Assembly: GCA_017404365.1 (NCBI GenBank)
Contig: JAFRCM010000014.1
Coordinates: 34,884 to 98,883 of the forward strand
Source: Bacillota bacterium
Lineage (GTDB): Bacteria > Bacillota > Clostridia > Peptostreptococcales > Anaerovoracaceae
Direction: 5' to 3'
Length of the DNA: 64,000 nt
The stretch's first letter is position 1; every line of letters begins with the position of its first letter. The position numbers were made by a program, and so were the translations under genes. This document shows positions 21,645-30,528 of this stretch, piece after piece. The notes below the pieces were generated by a model. The model did no database searches. It was not told the origin of the DNA and saw only the letters and a list, made by a program, of their open reading frames with translations.

Positions 21645-24113
21645 TTACAGTCTGAATGTGTCGTCCGGTTCCTTGTATTCTTCTTTCTTCTGCACGCCCT
21701 TGACATAGCGTTTTGAGCGCTTCTTGTTTACTTCTTTTTTCCTCTGAGCGGCTGTATCAGGTTTCTTAACCGGCTCTGCTGCCTTTGCGGGTTCAGCTGC
21801 TTCTGCAGTTTCTGCTGTTTCCTGAGCCTCGATTGCCTTTGCTTCTTCAGGAGCGCTTACCTTCTTAGGTACGTAAGGCTTGCCTTCCTGCTTGGCCTTC
21901 TTCTCGGCTTCCTTGATCTGTCTCTGATACTCGCTGGTTCTGCCTCTCTTGCCCAGTTCAAAGAATACAGGTGAGCAGACGCAGATCGATGAGTACGTAC
22001 CTGCGAGTACGCCGACCATCAGAGGGAATACGAATTCTCTTATTGATTCTCCCGCGATGATGACTATCGGAACCATTACGATGATGGTCGTCAGTGAAGT
22101 CATGAGGGATCTTCCCAGGGTCTGGGTAATACTCTGATCGATGGTCTCCTTGAGAGTTCCACGTTTCATGTACCTTATGTTCTCCCTGATACGGTCGAAT
22201 ATTACTATTGTGTCGTTTATGGAATAACCTACTACAGTCAGGATACCGGCGATGAACGGGTTGTCTACCGTTATGCCGAATATCGCGTAGAAGGAAATTA
22301 CAATCAGTACGTCATGGAGTACGCCCAGCATCGCCGCTCCGCCGAAGGTCCATTGTCTGAACCGTATTCTGATGTATATCATCATACATATCGCGGATAT
22401 GATGATGGCGAGTATGGCGTTATTCCGCAGTTCCTTTCCTACCGAAGGACCGAAGTACTCCTGAGCGACAACATTGTCGTTGCCTTTTATTCCGAACTCG
22501 TCGTTGATTGCTTCAATTACTTCAGCTCTTCCTGCCTTATCAAGGGACTGTATCGTCCTGATTACTATCTGGTCGTTGTCCTCGCCCGCGTATATTATCT
22601 GCGGGTCAAGGTCGAACTGTTTGATTGCTTTATCCACCTCGGAAATCTTGACCTGCTTACCCATGTCGAGCTGGATCATCGTTCCGCCGGTGAAGTCGAT
22701 ACCGTAGTTAAGACCTCTGATAACTCCGAAGCCGAGTCCGATAATCAGGATGCCCGCTGAGATGCAGTAGAAGATCTTTCTCCTGTCCATGAAGTGTATG
22801 GTCTTCGTCAGGTGGAAAGTAGCTGAATTGTCTTCCTTGATTCCGAAGAGTGACTTTTTGGCGAATCTGTCGCTTCCCGCCATGAGCTTGACGTACAGCT
22901 GAGTGATGAATACCGCCGTGAATATGCTGACGATGATACCTACCATGAAGGTGTAAGCAAATCCCTTAACTGCGCTCGTACCTATCTCATAGAGGATTAC
23001 AGCAGCGATAAGCGTGGTTACCTGTGAGTCGATGACTGTCGTCATTGCTCTCTTTGATCCTGTTTCAGTAGCCACACGCACAGTTCGTCCAAGGACTATT
23101 TCCTCTCGTATACGCGAGAATATTACTACGTTCGCGTCGACCGCCATACCTATGGAAATGATGATACCTGCGATGCCCGGGAGAGTAAGAACAGTGCCCA
23201 TTGAGGACATTATGTTCAGAATCAGCACAACATAGAGTAGCAGCGCAATGTCCGCGCAAAGGCCAAGGCCTCTGTACACGAACAGCATGAGCAGGAGTAT
23301 TATGGCGAGACCGATGAGTCCGCCGATGACGCTCATCTCAAGTGCGTTGTATCCGATGGTAGCTGACTGAACAGATGATGTTACTTCGTTCAGGCCGATA
23401 GGCAGCGCACCGCCGTTAATCTGAGCTGCGAGCAGCTGAGCTTCTTCCTGGTCAAAGTCACCTGTTATCTTACAGCTTCCGCCGAGGATAGGTTCGTTTA
23501 CGTTAGGCGCGGAAATGATCTGACCGTCCAGTACTATGGCAATCGCTCCGCTGCCTACGCCGTCTACCGTTGAGGTTACCTCACCGTTATATGCCTTTGT
23601 AGTCGCTTCTCCGAACTTATCGGCGCCTTCCCTGTCGAACTGAAGGTTTACGGCGTATCCGGTCGACTGGTCGTCTCTGGCCGCCTCAGCCTTCTTGACG
23701 TTGCTTCCTTCAAGGACCAGCGTGCCGTCAGCGAGAATGAACTCAAGCTTAGCCGTCTTGCCGATGAGCTCGATGGCTTCTTCAGGATCCTCGACTTCAG
23801 GAATCTCAACTCTTATTCTGTTCTGTCCTTCGATGGTGATAGTCGGTTCGCCAAGTCCGTTGGCATTGATACGGTTTTCAATTACTGTCTGAGTCTGCTC
23901 CATGGCCTGGCGCAGTTCGTCATCAGACATGTTCTTGATGTCCTTTGCGTCCGCCTCCATTATTACGTAAACACCGCCCTTGATATCAAGACCGAGGCTC
24001 ATTCTGTCCTTCAGCGGCGTAATAGGGCCTACTCCGGTGACTGTAACAAGCCATCCGAATATGACGCATAAAATAATAAACAGTGCTAAAATCTTTCTCA
24101 ACGTGTAATTCAT
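21645..24113 (-). CDS. secDF: Fused protein translocase subunit SecDF
   Basis: LGLDIKGG, GMAVDANV.IF.RIRE (SecD); GIDFTGG, VGYSINDTIVIFDRIRE (SecF); Ala/Glu/Lys-rich tail. Confidence 0.96.
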   Translation of the reverse strand: MNYTLRKILALFIILCVIFGWLVTVTGVGPITPLKDRMSLGLDIKGGVYVIMEADAKDIKNMSDDELRQAMEQTQTVIENRINANGLGEPTITIEGQNRIRVEIPEVEDPEEAIELIGKTAKLEFILADGTLVLEGSNVKKAEAARDDQSTGYAVNLQFDREGADKFGEATTKAYNGEVTSTVDGVGSGAIAIVLDGQIISAPNVNEPILGGSCKITGDFDQEEAQLLAAQINGGALPIGLNEVTSSVQSATIGYNALEMSVIGGLIGLAIILLLMLFVYRGLGLCADIALLLYVVLILNIMSSMGTVLTLPGIAGIIISIGMAVDANVVIFSRIREEIVLGRTVRVATETGSKRAMTTVIDSQVTTLIAAVILYEIGTSAVKGFAYTFMVGIIVSIFTAVFITQLYVKLMAGSDRFAKKSLFGIKEDNSATFHLTKTIHFMDRRKIFYCISAGILIIGLGFGVIRGLNYGIDFTGGTMIQLDMGKQVKISEVDKAIKQFDLDPQIIYAGEDNDQIVIRTIQSLDKAGRAEVIEAINDEFGIKGNDNVVAQEYFGPSVGKELRNNAILAIIISAICMMIYIRIRFRQWTFGGAAMLGVLHDVLIVISFYAIFGITVDNPFIAGILTVVGYSINDTIVIFDRIRENIRYMKRGTLKETIDQSITQTLGRSLMTSLTTIIVMVPIVIIAGESIREFVFPLMVGVLAGTYSSICVCSPVFFELGKRGRTSEYQRQIKEAEKKAKQEGKPYVPKKVSAPEEAKAIEAQETAETAEAAEPAKAAEPVKKPDTAAQRKKEVNKKRSKRYVKGVQKKEEYKEPDDTFRL

Positions 24114-24247
24114 CTACTCCTCCGGTCTGTATTTTTAAAAATAAAAATCCATTTAATCATTCATAGTATTATACATTTTTTTACCATTTCAAACAACCCT
24201 TAAACCGTTGATTTTTAAGGGGAAATCAATGTTTTTTGCAATAGAAA

Positions 24248-24274
24248 ACGCCGCATCGGATTTCGGTGCGGCGT
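24248..24274 (-). terminator. Intrinsic terminator after yajC
   Basis: ACGCCGCATCG/CGGTGCGGCGT hairpin, followed by TTTCTATT on the minus strand. Confidence 0.75.
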
Positions 24275-24303
24275 CATGTCCTTTTATCAGTTGAGCCTGG
24301 TGT

Positions 24304-24765
24304 CTATTCAGCTGCTTCCTCAACTTCAGGAACAGCTTCTTCAGCAACTTCCTTTACTTCCTCAACAGCCTCTGCAGCTTCTTCCTCGACTACTGCTGCC
24401 TTCTTCATTCTCTTAGGCTTTGACTTCTTTGCCTCATGCTTTTCGGCATCGGCAACCTCATCAAAATCATCAACGGAAGCCTTCTCAACATGGCCGGAAC
24501 CCTGCTTTACAACCTTTGATACAGCCCATCTCATGAACTCCATCTTGACTTTGTCCGGTCCAACCTGAACGACAATACTCTCTTCCTTGGTCTTTACAAC
24601 CTTGCAGCAGAGTCCGCCGATCGTTACGATCTCATCCCCTACTCCGAGGCCGGCTCTCATGGCCTTAGTTTCTTTCTCTCTCTTCTTCTGTGGTCTGATC
24701 ATAAGGAAGTACATTACTGCGAACAGAAGTACCAGAATCAGAATTGAAAACATCGATCCACCCAT
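24304..24765 (-). CDS. yajC: Preprotein translocase subunit YajC with a long acidic/basic tail
   Basis: YFLMIRPQKKR, GDEIVTIGG. Confidence 0.93.
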   Translation of the reverse strand: MGGSMFSILILVLLFAVMYFLMIRPQKKREKETKAMRAGLGVGDEIVTIGGLCCKVVKTKEESIVVQVGPDKVKMEFMRWAVSKVVKQGSGHVEKASVDDFDEVADAEKHEAKKSKPKRMKKAAVVEEEAAEAVEEVKEVAEEAVPEVEEAAE

Positions 24766-24818
24766 TAGTTAATTCCTCCTGTGTTTTATGATTATAATTA
24801 TTTACTGTGTATATTTCA

Positions 24819-24905
24819 TGGTGCCGGCTGTGGGGGTCGAACCCACACGGTGTCGCCACCACGGGATTTTGAGTCCCGCACGTCTGCCAATTCCATCAAG
24901 CCGGC
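24819..24905 (-). tRNA. tRNA-Leu(CAA)
   Basis: GCCGGCTTGATGGAATTGGCAGAC...CGGGA-CT-CAA-AA-TCCCG, long variable arm, GGTTCGAC, ends in CCA; 87 nt. Confidence 0.97.
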
Positions 24906-24916
24906 GTGATGAAACA

Positions 24917-24945
24917 ATTTTAACATCAGACATTTACTATTTCAA
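24917..24945 (-). promoter_or_regulatory. Promoter TTGAAA-N17-TAAAAT for tRNA-Leu(CAA), overlapping the 3' end of the RND gene
   Basis: Read directly; the -10 box lies 11 nt upstream of the tRNA. Confidence 0.65.
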
Positions 24946-27900
24946 GTTCTTCGTCTTCGATTTTTACCATGTGCTTGCGAGCCAGCCAGCTGTACATAAC
25001 AGGGATGATGAACAGCGTTGTGGCCGTTGCGTAGATGAGGCCCCCTATGCATGTAATGGCCACAGGCTGAACCATCTCAGCGCCCTGACCGAGCCCCAGT
25101 GCAAGCGGAATAAGACCCAGTATTGTGGTTGTAGCGGTCATCAGTACAGGCCGCATTCTTACGGCTCCAGCCTGAATGATTGCGCTCTCCATGTCCATTC
25201 CTTCAAGCCTGAATCTGTTGATGCAGTCCACGAGAACAATTCCGTTGTTTACGACTATTCCGACGAGCATTACAAATCCCATCATTCCTATTACGCTGAG
25301 AACCTGATTGGTTACAAGCAGCGCCAGCATTCCACCGGTGAAGGCGAGCGGCAGCGTAAATATGATTATGAACGGCGATCTCAGAGACTGGAACTGTGCA
25401 ACCATTATCAGATAAACCAGGATGATTCCCACGATGAGCATCAGCAGCATCTTCCTCATGGATTTCATGATCTCTTCATTCTCGCCGCTGTACTTGACCT
25501 CTACGCCCGGTTTTACGAGATTCTCGTTGTTGACCATTCTTTTAACATTGGCGGTGACTTTCGTTATGTTGTAATCATCCTTAACGCCAGCGGTGACATT
25601 CAGGCTTCTCCTCTGGTTGTCGTGGTTTATGGATGTCAGCGAAGCGTCTCTGTTGATGACAGCGATGCTGGTAAGCGATACCTTCTCCTTAGACCCGTCC
25701 TGCTTGTCAACAGTAAGCTTCATGTCCGTCAGATCCTGGAGAGTGAAACCGCCCTTAGTCGTGTTTCCAACCATTACATCAATAGTCTCACCATCTGTCG
25801 AAAGCTTGGTCGCGGACTTGTCGTCAGTGAGTTTGGAATTAATCTGCTGGAATACCTGTGCTACAGTCAATCCCTTTCTCATGGCTTCATTCTTGCTGAC
25901 AGTTACCTTGACCTCTTCCGTACTCGATTCTGTTACATCAGAGACCTCTTCAAGTGACTCAACATCTCTGAGCCTGTCCTCTATGTTCATCGCGGATATG
26001 CGCAGCTTGTCGAGATCGTCGCTGTACAGGTTGATTGAGACGCCTGTGCCGCCCATGTATTCGCTCATGTCCATGTCAGCCGAAGTTATTGCTTCGCAGT
26101 CGTTCTCGGCACATATTTTCTCTATGACCTTTGCAACCTTTTTCCCCTGCTCGGCCTTATCGTCCTCAAGCACGATGTACAGCATTGTTTCCCTGACATC
26201 GCTTTCGTCATCGGAAGACATTCCGAACATGCTCGACATGTTGGATGACAGCATGACTCCGACGGATTCCACTCCGTCTATCTTCCTGACTTCCTCGCTT
26301 ATCTTGTCGTTCACTCTCATCGTATCCTTCAATTTACTGCCCTCAGGCATGGTAACATTGGCGGATATCTGCGACGTAGACATTGAAGGCATGAATTCAA
26401 AGCCTCTTATAAGCAGCACGCCTGATGAAGCAAACAGCAGAACAAGAGCGGCGATAACAAGTCTCTTCTTATGCGTAAGAGCCCAGGCCGCAGACCGCCT
26501 GTACCACGCAACGACTCTGCCGTTCTGTGAGATAACGGACTTGCCGGTTTTGCGCACGAGAAGGCCCTTTGCTACCGCAGGCACAAATGTCAGGGCAATT
26601 ATCAGACTGGCCAGCAGCGAATAAGTAACTGTAAGCGCCAGGTCAGTAAACAGTTCTCTGGTTATGCCTTCAATGAAAACGATCGGGGCAAATACGCATA
26701 TGGTCGTCAGAGTCGAAGCAGTGATGGCTCCGGCTACCTGCGAAGCTCCTGAAACAGCTGCCTGCACAGGAGAATAGCCCATTGTTCGCAGTCTGTACGT
26801 ATTTTCGATAACAACAATCGAGTTGTCCACAAGCATTCCTACGCCGATGGCAAGACCCGAAAGTGAAATCATGTTTATGGTTACGCCTGTGAAGTACATC
26901 AGCGCTATCGCGAATACGACACTGACAGGAATGCTGATGGCAGTGATTGCAGTAGGTCTGATATCCCTAAGGAAGAACATCAGCACGAGTATGGCGAAAA
27001 TCGCGCCAAGCAGCAGATCTCTGAACACTGAGTTGATTACTATGTGAATGTACTTGCCCTGGTCCATCAGAGGCGAGAATTTAAGGCCTTTGTGCTCATT
27101 TTCGAGCTTCTCGAACTCCTCGGAAATATTGTCCGCTACAGTCGCTGTTGCGTATGTGGACTGCTTTGTAAAGCTGAGCAGGACACCATTCTCCCCGTTG
27201 ATTTTTGCGTAGGCGTCATCGTCATCAACAATATATGAGACGGTCGCAATGTCCTTCACCCTTATAGGCGCCACGCCGTCGATGTCCATGTCAAAGAGAA
27301 TGAGATTTTCCAGCTCGTCAACATCTTTGATCTTGTCTCCGACGCTGACGAGTATCTTGGCGTCATTGTCCGTAACATAGCCTGCCGGCATGGAGAAATT
27401 CTGAGCGTTAAGTAGCGCCGATACATTGTCCATGGTTATTACGCCGGTCATGTCTGCGCTGTCCAGGGCGGCCTGCTTTTGCGACTCTATCTGCGAAAGA
27501 GTGCTCTGCAGCTGTGAAACCGCGGACTGAAGTGTGCTCTGTGTCGCGACCAGATCGGAATAAGACGTACTCATCTTGAATGTGAGACTGTCTCTCTGGG
27601 CCTCAAACTTGCCTATTGTATCGTTGAGCGCACTGATCTGACCCTTGAGCTGATTCACTGCAGCCTCCAGCGCGCCAATGCCTGGAGTATCCTCTGTGCC
27701 GTTGGTAATAGTATCTATTGACTCCTGCAACGCGTCGATGTCTTCCTGCAGGTCCGCGATTTTTTCAGGATCTGTTTCAGCGTCTCTCTGTTTTTCAAGC
27801 TCCTGTTTCTGCTTTTCAAGTTCAACAATCAGCTGATTCAGTTCGTCAAGCTGCGTCTCGAGCTTAGTCCTCTGATTCTCGAGCTCGCTCTTCGCCTTCT

Positions 27901-28660
27901 CGGACTGGGTAATGGCTGAGTCAAGCTGGGAGGTCGCGCTTTCGGTTCCGTTCTTTATCTTCTTCTTGCCTTTATCTATCTTCGAGGAACCATTCTTGGC
28001 CTTGTTCATGCCGCTCTTGACTTTGCCTTCTCCATCGGCGAATTTTGACTTGATTGCGGCGGAAACGTCGCTGTTTACTTTGTCGATTTTATCCTGAGAA
28101 AGAACAACCTGTATGCCCTCATCGATCATTCCGATTTTATTAACTGAAGCTACACCTTCAATGCCTTCGAGATCGTCCTCGATATTGTCTTTGACGAATC
28201 TTGATACTTCAACAGGTGTCTTCCCCTTCATGCCGATAGCGGCAACGGTAACAGGCATCATGTTGAGGTTCATCTTTATTACTAAAGGTTTGCTGGCCGT
28301 TTCAGGGAAATTCCCTTCTATCTGATCGATCTTGTCCCGGATATCCACGGACATTGAGTCCATGTCAACATCATCGGTGAACTCAAGAGTAATCGCCGAG
28401 TAGTTATCGGATGAAACTGAAGAAATGTCATTGAGTTTGGAAAGTGTCGCCAGCTGCTGTTCGAGAGGTTCAGTGATTTCCTTCTCGATTTCCTCCGCGT
28501 TAGCGCCGGGATAAGTAGTCATGACAACAGAATAAGGCGCGCTGACACTCGGCATGAGGTCAGGCGTCATGCTGTATAGCGAAACCACGCCAAAAACTAT
28601 GGCTATTATGACTCCTACAAATATTGTGAATGGACGTTTGACGCTGTATTTCGTCAACAT
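24926..28660 (-). CDS. Efflux RND transporter permease (AcrB/SwrC-like) with a ~200-aa coiled-coil insertion
   Basis: SVKRP, TTYPGA..EEIE, GMLVDNSIVV.EN, GIVVNNGIVLVD, RMRPVLMT; 1244 aa; heptad-rich segment at about aa 195-405. Confidence 0.93.
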   Translation of the reverse strand: MLTKYSVKRPFTIFVGVIIAIVFGVVSLYSMTPDLMPSVSAPYSVVMTTYPGANAEEIEKEITEPLEQQLATLSKLNDISSVSSDNYSAITLEFTDDVDMDSMSVDIRDKIDQIEGNFPETASKPLVIKMNLNMMPVTVAAIGMKGKTPVEVSRFVKDNIEDDLEGIEGVASVNKIGMIDEGIQVVLSQDKIDKVNSDVSAAIKSKFADGEGKVKSGMNKAKNGSSKIDKGKKKIKNGTESATSQLDSAITQSEKAKSELENQRTKLETQLDELNQLIVELEKQKQELEKQRDAETDPEKIADLQEDIDALQESIDTITNGTEDTPGIGALEAAVNQLKGQISALNDTIGKFEAQRDSLTFKMSTSYSDLVATQSTLQSAVSQLQSTLSQIESQKQAALDSADMTGVITMDNVSALLNAQNFSMPAGYVTDNDAKILVSVGDKIKDVDELENLILFDMDIDGVAPIRVKDIATVSYIVDDDDAYAKINGENGVLLSFTKQSTYATATVADNISEEFEKLENEHKGLKFSPLMDQGKYIHIVINSVFRDLLLGAIFAILVLMFFLRDIRPTAITAISIPVSVVFAIALMYFTGVTINMISLSGLAIGVGMLVDNSIVVIENTYRLRTMGYSPVQAAVSGASQVAGAITASTLTTICVFAPIVFIEGITRELFTDLALTVTYSLLASLIIALTFVPAVAKGLLVRKTGKSVISQNGRVVAWYRRSAAWALTHKKRLVIAALVLLFASSGVLLIRGFEFMPSMSTSQISANVTMPEGSKLKDTMRVNDKISEEVRKIDGVESVGVMLSSNMSSMFGMSSDDESDVRETMLYIVLEDDKAEQGKKVAKVIEKICAENDCEAITSADMDMSEYMGGTGVSINLYSDDLDKLRISAMNIEDRLRDVESLEEVSDVTESSTEEVKVTVSKNEAMRKGLTVAQVFQQINSKLTDDKSATKLSTDGETIDVMVGNTTKGGFTLQDLTDMKLTVDKQDGSKEKVSLTSIAVINRDASLTSINHDNQRRSLNVTAGVKDDYNITKVTANVKRMVNNENLVKPGVEVKYSGENEEIMKSMRKMLLMLIVGIILVYLIMVAQFQSLRSPFIIIFTLPLAFTGGMLALLVTNQVLSVIGMMGFVMLVGIVVNNGIVLVDCINRFRLEGMDMESAIIQAGAVRMRPVLMTATTTILGLIPLALGLGQGAEMVQPVAITCIGGLIYATATTLFIIPVMYSWLARKHMVKIEDEELEIVNV

Positions 28661-28761
28661 TTAATCCCGCTCTCCTTTTATGTTAAGTACCGTCAGATCC
28701 GATACAATAAAAATACAGTAAGATGTTACCATTTTGCGGCGTGATAATCAATTAAAAGATA

Positions 28762-29685
28762 CTAACGCCGGGAGTTCCTCTCCCAGAAGACACCTTCCTC
28801 ATAACCCTGTATTGTTCTGTCTTTTTCAGCCATCTCGAGTCTCTGCTGTGCCCAGACGCAATACCTTTCGTTCTTTTCGATGCCAATGAAGTGTCGTCCG
28901 AGTTTCTTTGCGGTTACGCAAGCGGATCCCGAACCCGCGAAGGGATCGAAAACAAGGTCGCCTTCCACGGAACTCGCAAGGATGAGTTTTGCCATCAGCT
29001 TTTCCGGCTTTTGCGCCGGATGGGCCGTGTTCTCGGCCATCGACCAGAACGGCACGGTAATATCATCCCAGAAGTTGGATGGATGTGTGTTTCTGTACTT
29101 ACCGTTTTCAGTCTCCTCCCAGTCCTTCGGTTCGCCTTCATTGCGGTATGGCGCAATTACCTTACGGCGAATCTTCACATCATCAATGTTGAATGTGTAT
29201 TCATCGCTCTTTGTCGCGAACCAAATGTCCTCCATGCTGTTTTTCCAGTTGCTGTCGGAGCCTCGCCCTTTCTCTCTCTGCCAGGTTATTCTGTTCCTGA
29301 CAGTGTAGTGCTCACTTAGAAGCTTTCCTATGATCAGGCTGCTTTCCCAGTCGCAGCATACATAGACTGATCCGTTCTCCTTAAGAACATGGCTGGTCGC
29401 GTCAATCCACCTGCGGGTGTATTCCTCATATTCCTCAGGCTTCATTTTACGGAAGCTCTCCCCGCTGTAATCCTTGGTGAGATTGTACGGCGGATCGACG
29501 ATCATGAGGTCTGCGGAACCGGCCGGAATGAATTTGCACGTCGCAAACATGTCCGCGCAGATAATCGTGTCGCTTAAATCGCGGACCGGCTCTTTAACAT
29601 CACCAATACGCAGGCATCTGTCCAGATACTCTCTGCCTGCATTTATCTCAGTATCGATTGTCTTGTTCTTTGGAGACTTGTTCAT
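28762..29685 (-). CDS. Site-specific DNA amino-methyltransferase (beta class, N6A/N4C), solitary
   Basis: DPPYN (motif IV) precedes HPAQKP and DPFAGSGS (motif I); no nuclease gene adjacent. Confidence 0.9.
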   Translation of the reverse strand: MNKSPKNKTIDTEINAGREYLDRCLRIGDVKEPVRDLSDTIICADMFATCKFIPAGSADLMIVDPPYNLTKDYSGESFRKMKPEEYEEYTRRWIDATSHVLKENGSVYVCCDWESSLIIGKLLSEHYTVRNRITWQREKGRGSDSNWKNSMEDIWFATKSDEYTFNIDDVKIRRKVIAPYRNEGEPKDWEETENGKYRNTHPSNFWDDITVPFWSMAENTAHPAQKPEKLMAKLILASSVEGDLVFDPFAGSGSACVTAKKLGRHFIGIEKNERYCVWAQQRLEMAEKDRTIQGYEEGVFWERNSRR

Positions 29686-29714
29686 AACGGGTTTATGATA
29701 TCACAACATGAATA

Positions 29715-29746
29715 CAAAAAGAAGCGTCACACGAAACTCGTGTGAC
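29715..29746 (-). terminator. Intrinsic terminator after tRNA-Leu(GAG)
   Basis: GTCACACGA-AAC-TCGTGTGAC hairpin, followed by CTTCTTTTT on the minus strand. Confidence 0.8.
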
Positions 29747-29758
29747 ACCTCATCTTCA

Positions 29759-29841
29759 TGGTGCGGCCTACCAGACTTGAACTGGTACGGTCTCCCACAC
29801 GCCCCTCAAACGTGCGCGTCTGCCAATTCCGCCAAGGCCGC
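29759..29841 (-). tRNA. tRNA-Leu(GAG)
   Basis: GCGGCCTTGGCGGAATTGGCAGAC...CACGT-TT-GAG-GG-GCGTG, variable arm, GTTCAAGT, ends in CCA; 83 nt. Confidence 0.95.
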
Positions 29842-29872
29842 ATATTAATGGTGCCCTCGCAGGCACTCATTC

Positions 29873-29901
29873 ATTTTAGTGGTAAAGTCTGTGTTTGTCA
29901 A
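29873..29901 (-). promoter_or_regulatory. Near-consensus promoter TTGACA-N17-TAAAAT for tRNA-Leu(GAG)
   Basis: Read directly from the sequence. Confidence 0.8.
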
Positions 29902-29922
29902 CACCGAAATCTCTGTCCGCTG

Positions 29923-30528
29923 TTATACTCCCAGACCTGCTATGATCTGATCCAGCTGCCTGTACATGTCCTCAGGCTCTCCCGAGTTGTCCACCACATA
30001 ATCGGAGCGTCTGGCCTTCTCTTCATCGCTCATCTGACTGCTGATTCTGCCGCGGATTTTCTCCTCGTCGGAGCCGTCTCTGAGGCACACCCGCTCAATG
30101 CGTTTATCAATATCCGCGGTAACAAGGATTACCGCGTCGCATCTGTCATCTATCCCGGCTTCAAAGAGCAGCGGCGCGTCCAGAAGTATTCCCCGGACGT
30201 CTGTCTGCCGAAGCTCAGCTATCCGCTCATCGATGCGCGCGATTATTTCAGTGTGTATGAGACGATTGTACTGCTCCCTGACGATGCTGTCTCCAAATAC
30301 CTGATCGGCCATGGCCTTTCTGTCCAGTACGAGACCGTTGCCGACGCTGCCGGAGCCGCTTACGCAACCGAACATCTCCCCTATCTTCTCAAGCAAAGGC
30401 TGCCCGTCAGCTGTAAGGTCTCTTCCGATCTGATCAGCGTCAATGCACGCAAAACCTTCGCTTATGAGGTATTCAGAGGCAGTGGATTTGCCTGAGCCTA
30501 TTCCGCCTGTAATTCCTATGACTATCAT
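29923..30528 (-). CDS. coaE: Dephospho-CoA kinase
   Basis: IGITGGIGSGKST, DAPLLFE, SQM. Confidence 0.96.
   Translation of the reverse strand: MIVIGITGGIGSGKSTASEYLISEGFACIDADQIGRDLTADGQPLLEKIGEMFGCVSGSGSVGNGLVLDRKAMADQVFGDSIVREQYNRLIHTEIIARIDERIAELRQTDVRGILLDAPLLFEAGIDDRCDAVILVTADIDKRIERVCLRDGSDEEKIRGRISSQMSDEEKARRSDYVVDNSGEPEDMYRQLDQIIAGLGV

Noticed and set aside
24788-26624. Long plus-strand ORFs (389 aa and 343 aa) and the many other antisense ORFs in the track
   Set aside because: They shadow well-supported minus-strand genes, one runs through a tRNA, and they show no recognisable motifs.
28762-29685. Restriction-modification system
   Set aside because: No endonuclease or specificity subunit adjacent; kept only as an orphan MTase.
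24819-29841. RND + MTase block between two tRNA-Leu genes as a genomic island
   Set aside because: No integrase and no duplicated tRNA 3' end. The two tRNAs have different anticodons, and the tRNA-Leu(CAA) promoter lies inside the RND 3' end, which suggests long residence.
29849-29868. TGGTGCCCTCGCAGGCACTC as a tRNA 3'-end remnant or att site
   Set aside because: It does not match either tRNA end. It is better explained as a GTGCC/GGCAC hairpin in the tRNA precursor leader, between the -10 box and the mature 5' end.
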